Origin: a virus
Lineage: Duplodnaviria > Heunggongvirae > Uroviricota > Caudoviricetes
Virus record (IMG/VR): IMGVR_UViG_2671180433_000015
Length of the DNA: 7,499 bases
Strand: one strand, 5' to 3'
Below the pieces are notes generated by a model. It was not told the DNA's origin. It searched no databases and worked only from the letters and a program-made list of their open reading frames with translations. A program made the position numbers and the translations under genes. Below are positions 6,114 to 7,499 of the stretch, piece by piece (position 1 is the stretch's first letter; each line of letters starts with the position of its first letter).

Positions 6114-7076
6114 TCACCCCCTGAATCCCGGCGGTATTTCAGTGTCCGGTTCAGAAATGTGATTCACGCAACGCTGCGCAGGCGAACGCCCCAGGCGGAT
6201 AACCAGTTCATCCCATTTTTCCCGGAGTTTTGCCGGACTCATGATGTTTTTTACCCAGAACGAATCCCGCTGGAGACGCCCAAACATTTCACAAATTTGT
6301 CTGTGAGTTCTGCCATCCAGCATCCGCATTGTGCGAACGTCATTGGCCCATGCTGTCCAGTTGGGTTCTTTCGGTCTAGTGATCTCGCCATCATAGCTGG
6401 CCGCCTGCTCGTAAAGACTCACGATTCGTCCCCAGATCCACTGTGCGCACACCAAATCTTCCTGACTTCCCCACTGGCGTTTTTTCGCACTGAACACAAC
6501 CGCGTCAGGGTGTCGGGTTAAAAAATCCTGTTCAGCCGTCTGCGGGTCCGGTTGCGAAGCGTCCGGACAAGAAGATCTTTTATCTGACGGATCAGGTTTT
6601 AATACTGACGGATCGGGGTCAATCATCGCCCCCCTAATCGGCAGTTTTTTATCAACAGTTGATCCATCAAAATTTGACGGGTCAACCGTTGAGGGGGCAA
6701 TATTTGACGGGTCAACTGTTAACGGGTCATTTTTTGCCGGGCTAATTTTTCTTTTCGGTTTATATGACTCACGCGCCGCCGCCGCAGCTGCTTCGAGTTT
6801 TTCCACATTAAGCCGATAGATATTGCTTACATTACGCCCACCGACCTTACGCTCTTCCTTCGTCAGCCAGCCCTCTTTCGCCAGTTCTGCAATAGCCGAT
6901 TTCACTGTGGATTCACTTCTTGCACCGATCTGACGCCGGATAGTTTCAATGGCAGGCCATGACACGCCCTCGTCATTGCTGTAGTCTGCAAGACGGGCCA
7001 TAACCGCCACCCTGGATAAGATCATGCCGGTGAAGGCGCACCCTTCCCAGACAAGACCATGAAGCTTGCTGCTCAT
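6114..7076 (-). CDS. Phage replication initiator (lambda O-like, N-terminal HTH) with DnaT-like C-terminal tail, 320 aa
   Basis: Track ORF 6114..7091 starts at GTG; the ATG at 7076 is preceded by a GGGGG SD. N-terminal HTH-like region (LSRVAVMARLADYSNDEGVSWPAIETIRRQIGARSESTVKSAIAELAKEGWL). Central Pro/Asp/Ser-rich repeats are encoded by the iteron array. C-terminus ...SEPDTEIPPGFRG resembles the C-terminus of E. coli DnaT as I recall it. Operon arrangement mirrors dnaT-dnaC. Confidence 0.85.
   Translation of the reverse strand: MSSKLHGLVWEGCAFTGMILSRVAVMARLADYSNDEGVSWPAIETIRRQIGARSESTVKSAIAELAKEGWLTKEERKVGGRNVSNIYRLNVEKLEAAAAAARESYKPKRKISPAKNDPLTVDPSNIAPSTVDPSNFDGSTVDKKLPIRGAMIDPDPSVLKPDPSDKRSSCPDASQPDPQTAEQDFLTRHPDAVVFSAKKRQWGSQEDLVCAQWIWGRIVSLYEQAASYDGEITRPKEPNWTAWANDVRTMRMLDGRTHRQICEMFGRLQRDSFWVKNIMSPAKLREKWDELVIRLGRSPAQRCVNHISEPDTEIPPGFRG
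6584..6770. repeat. Iteron array plus adjacent AT-rich tract inside the initiator gene (putative phage origin of replication)
   Basis: Direct repeats built on TGACGG(G/A)TCA at 6585, 6606, 6675 and 6705, plus a partial copy at 6722. Repeats 3 and 4 are near-identical 20-mers (TTTGACGGGTCAACCGTTGA and TTTGACGGGTCAACTGTTAA). A related palindromic TCAACAGTTGA lies at about 6652-6662. AT-rich stretch 6728-6770 (CATTTTTTGCCGGGCTAATTTTTCTTTTCGGTTTATATGACTC). Confidence 0.55.
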
Positions 7077-7098
7077 AAAACCCCCGAACACCGTGCTT

Positions 7099-7308
7099 TT
7101 AGTGCATCACCACAGCATTCCCTGCCGGGCCGCCGCGATTCATCTGGTCATACAAAACAACCGCTGACGCAACAAAATCATCGACATCCTTCACCAGCCG
7201 ATCCCTCCGTTCGACGATCTCACGGTAATATTCAGAACTGTGGCTGCGCATACGGGCCACCAGCAAAGGCGGCATCGCCTTTTCGATCGCCGGTAACAGA
7301 GCCTGCAT
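7099..7308 (-). CDS. Small hypothetical protein (69 aa) immediately upstream of the initiator gene
   Basis: Track ORF; ATG at 7308, stop 22 nt before the initiator ATG. No clear SD. The same frame stays open up to the stop of the upstream gene (7411-7413) with no alternative ATG/GTG start. Confidence 0.4.
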   Translation of the reverse strand: MQALLPAIEKAMPPLLVARMRSHSSEYYREIVERRDRLVKDVDDFVASAVVLYDQMNRGGPAGNAVVMH

Positions 7309-7410
7309 TTTTTCAACAGCATCAGGGGTGTCTTTCTCTACCCAGCGGAAAATTTTCTGGGTATTGCGAGCCAGGGCTTCCGGATGGCTGTCGTCGGTGA
7401 TGCTGCCAAC

Positions 7411-7499
7411 TTACTGATTTAGTGTATGATGGTGTTTTTGAGGTGCTCCAGTGGCTTCTGTTTCTATCAGCTGTCCCTCCTGTTCAGCTACTGACGGGG
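7411..7499 (-). CDS. C-terminal end of an unidentified gene; partial, start lies beyond the window end
   Basis: Only one minus-strand frame is open across 7414-7499 (...PSVAEQEGQLIETEATGAPQKHHHTLNQ, stop TAA 7413-7411). No other support. Confidence 0.25.
   Translation of the reverse strand, partial: PSVAEQEGQLIETEATGAPQKHHHTLNQ

Noticed and set aside
6584-6730. Direct repeats as a CRISPR array
   Set aside because: Repeats are short, degenerate and irregularly spaced (21, 69, 30, 17 nt), lie inside a coding gene and translate into a peptide repeat. This fits origin iterons, not CRISPR.
7308-7410. In-frame extension upstream of the 69-aa ORF, running to the stop of the preceding gene
   Set aside because: The frame is open, but it contains no ATG or GTG start before 7308 and directly abuts the previous stop codon. 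Stop-codon readthrough is not supported by anything visible, so the short ORF is kept as annotated.

Overview
The window reads as the early replication region of an enterobacterial lambdoid prophage (judged from a DnaC/DnaT-like replication module), with every supported gene on the minus strand. Reading right to left: a gene C-terminus and a small ORF; an O-like replication initiator with an internal iteron array (putative ori); a DnaC-family helicase loader; two winged-helix proteins, the second Ren-like; and a QueH-like (DUF208) Fe-S protein. Next comes a lower-GC, apparently self-contained Type II restriction-modification cassette (C5-cytosine methyltransferase then a putative NgoMIV/Cfr10I-class endonuclease), closed by an intrinsic terminator. 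Two translationally coupled genes follow, the second carrying a Cys/His motif and running off the window start. No rRNA, tRNA, CRISPR array or transposase was seen. The R-M cassette is the main accessory cargo; the QueH-like gene in a prophage is the most unusual item. All homology calls are from motif reading and memory, not database searches.
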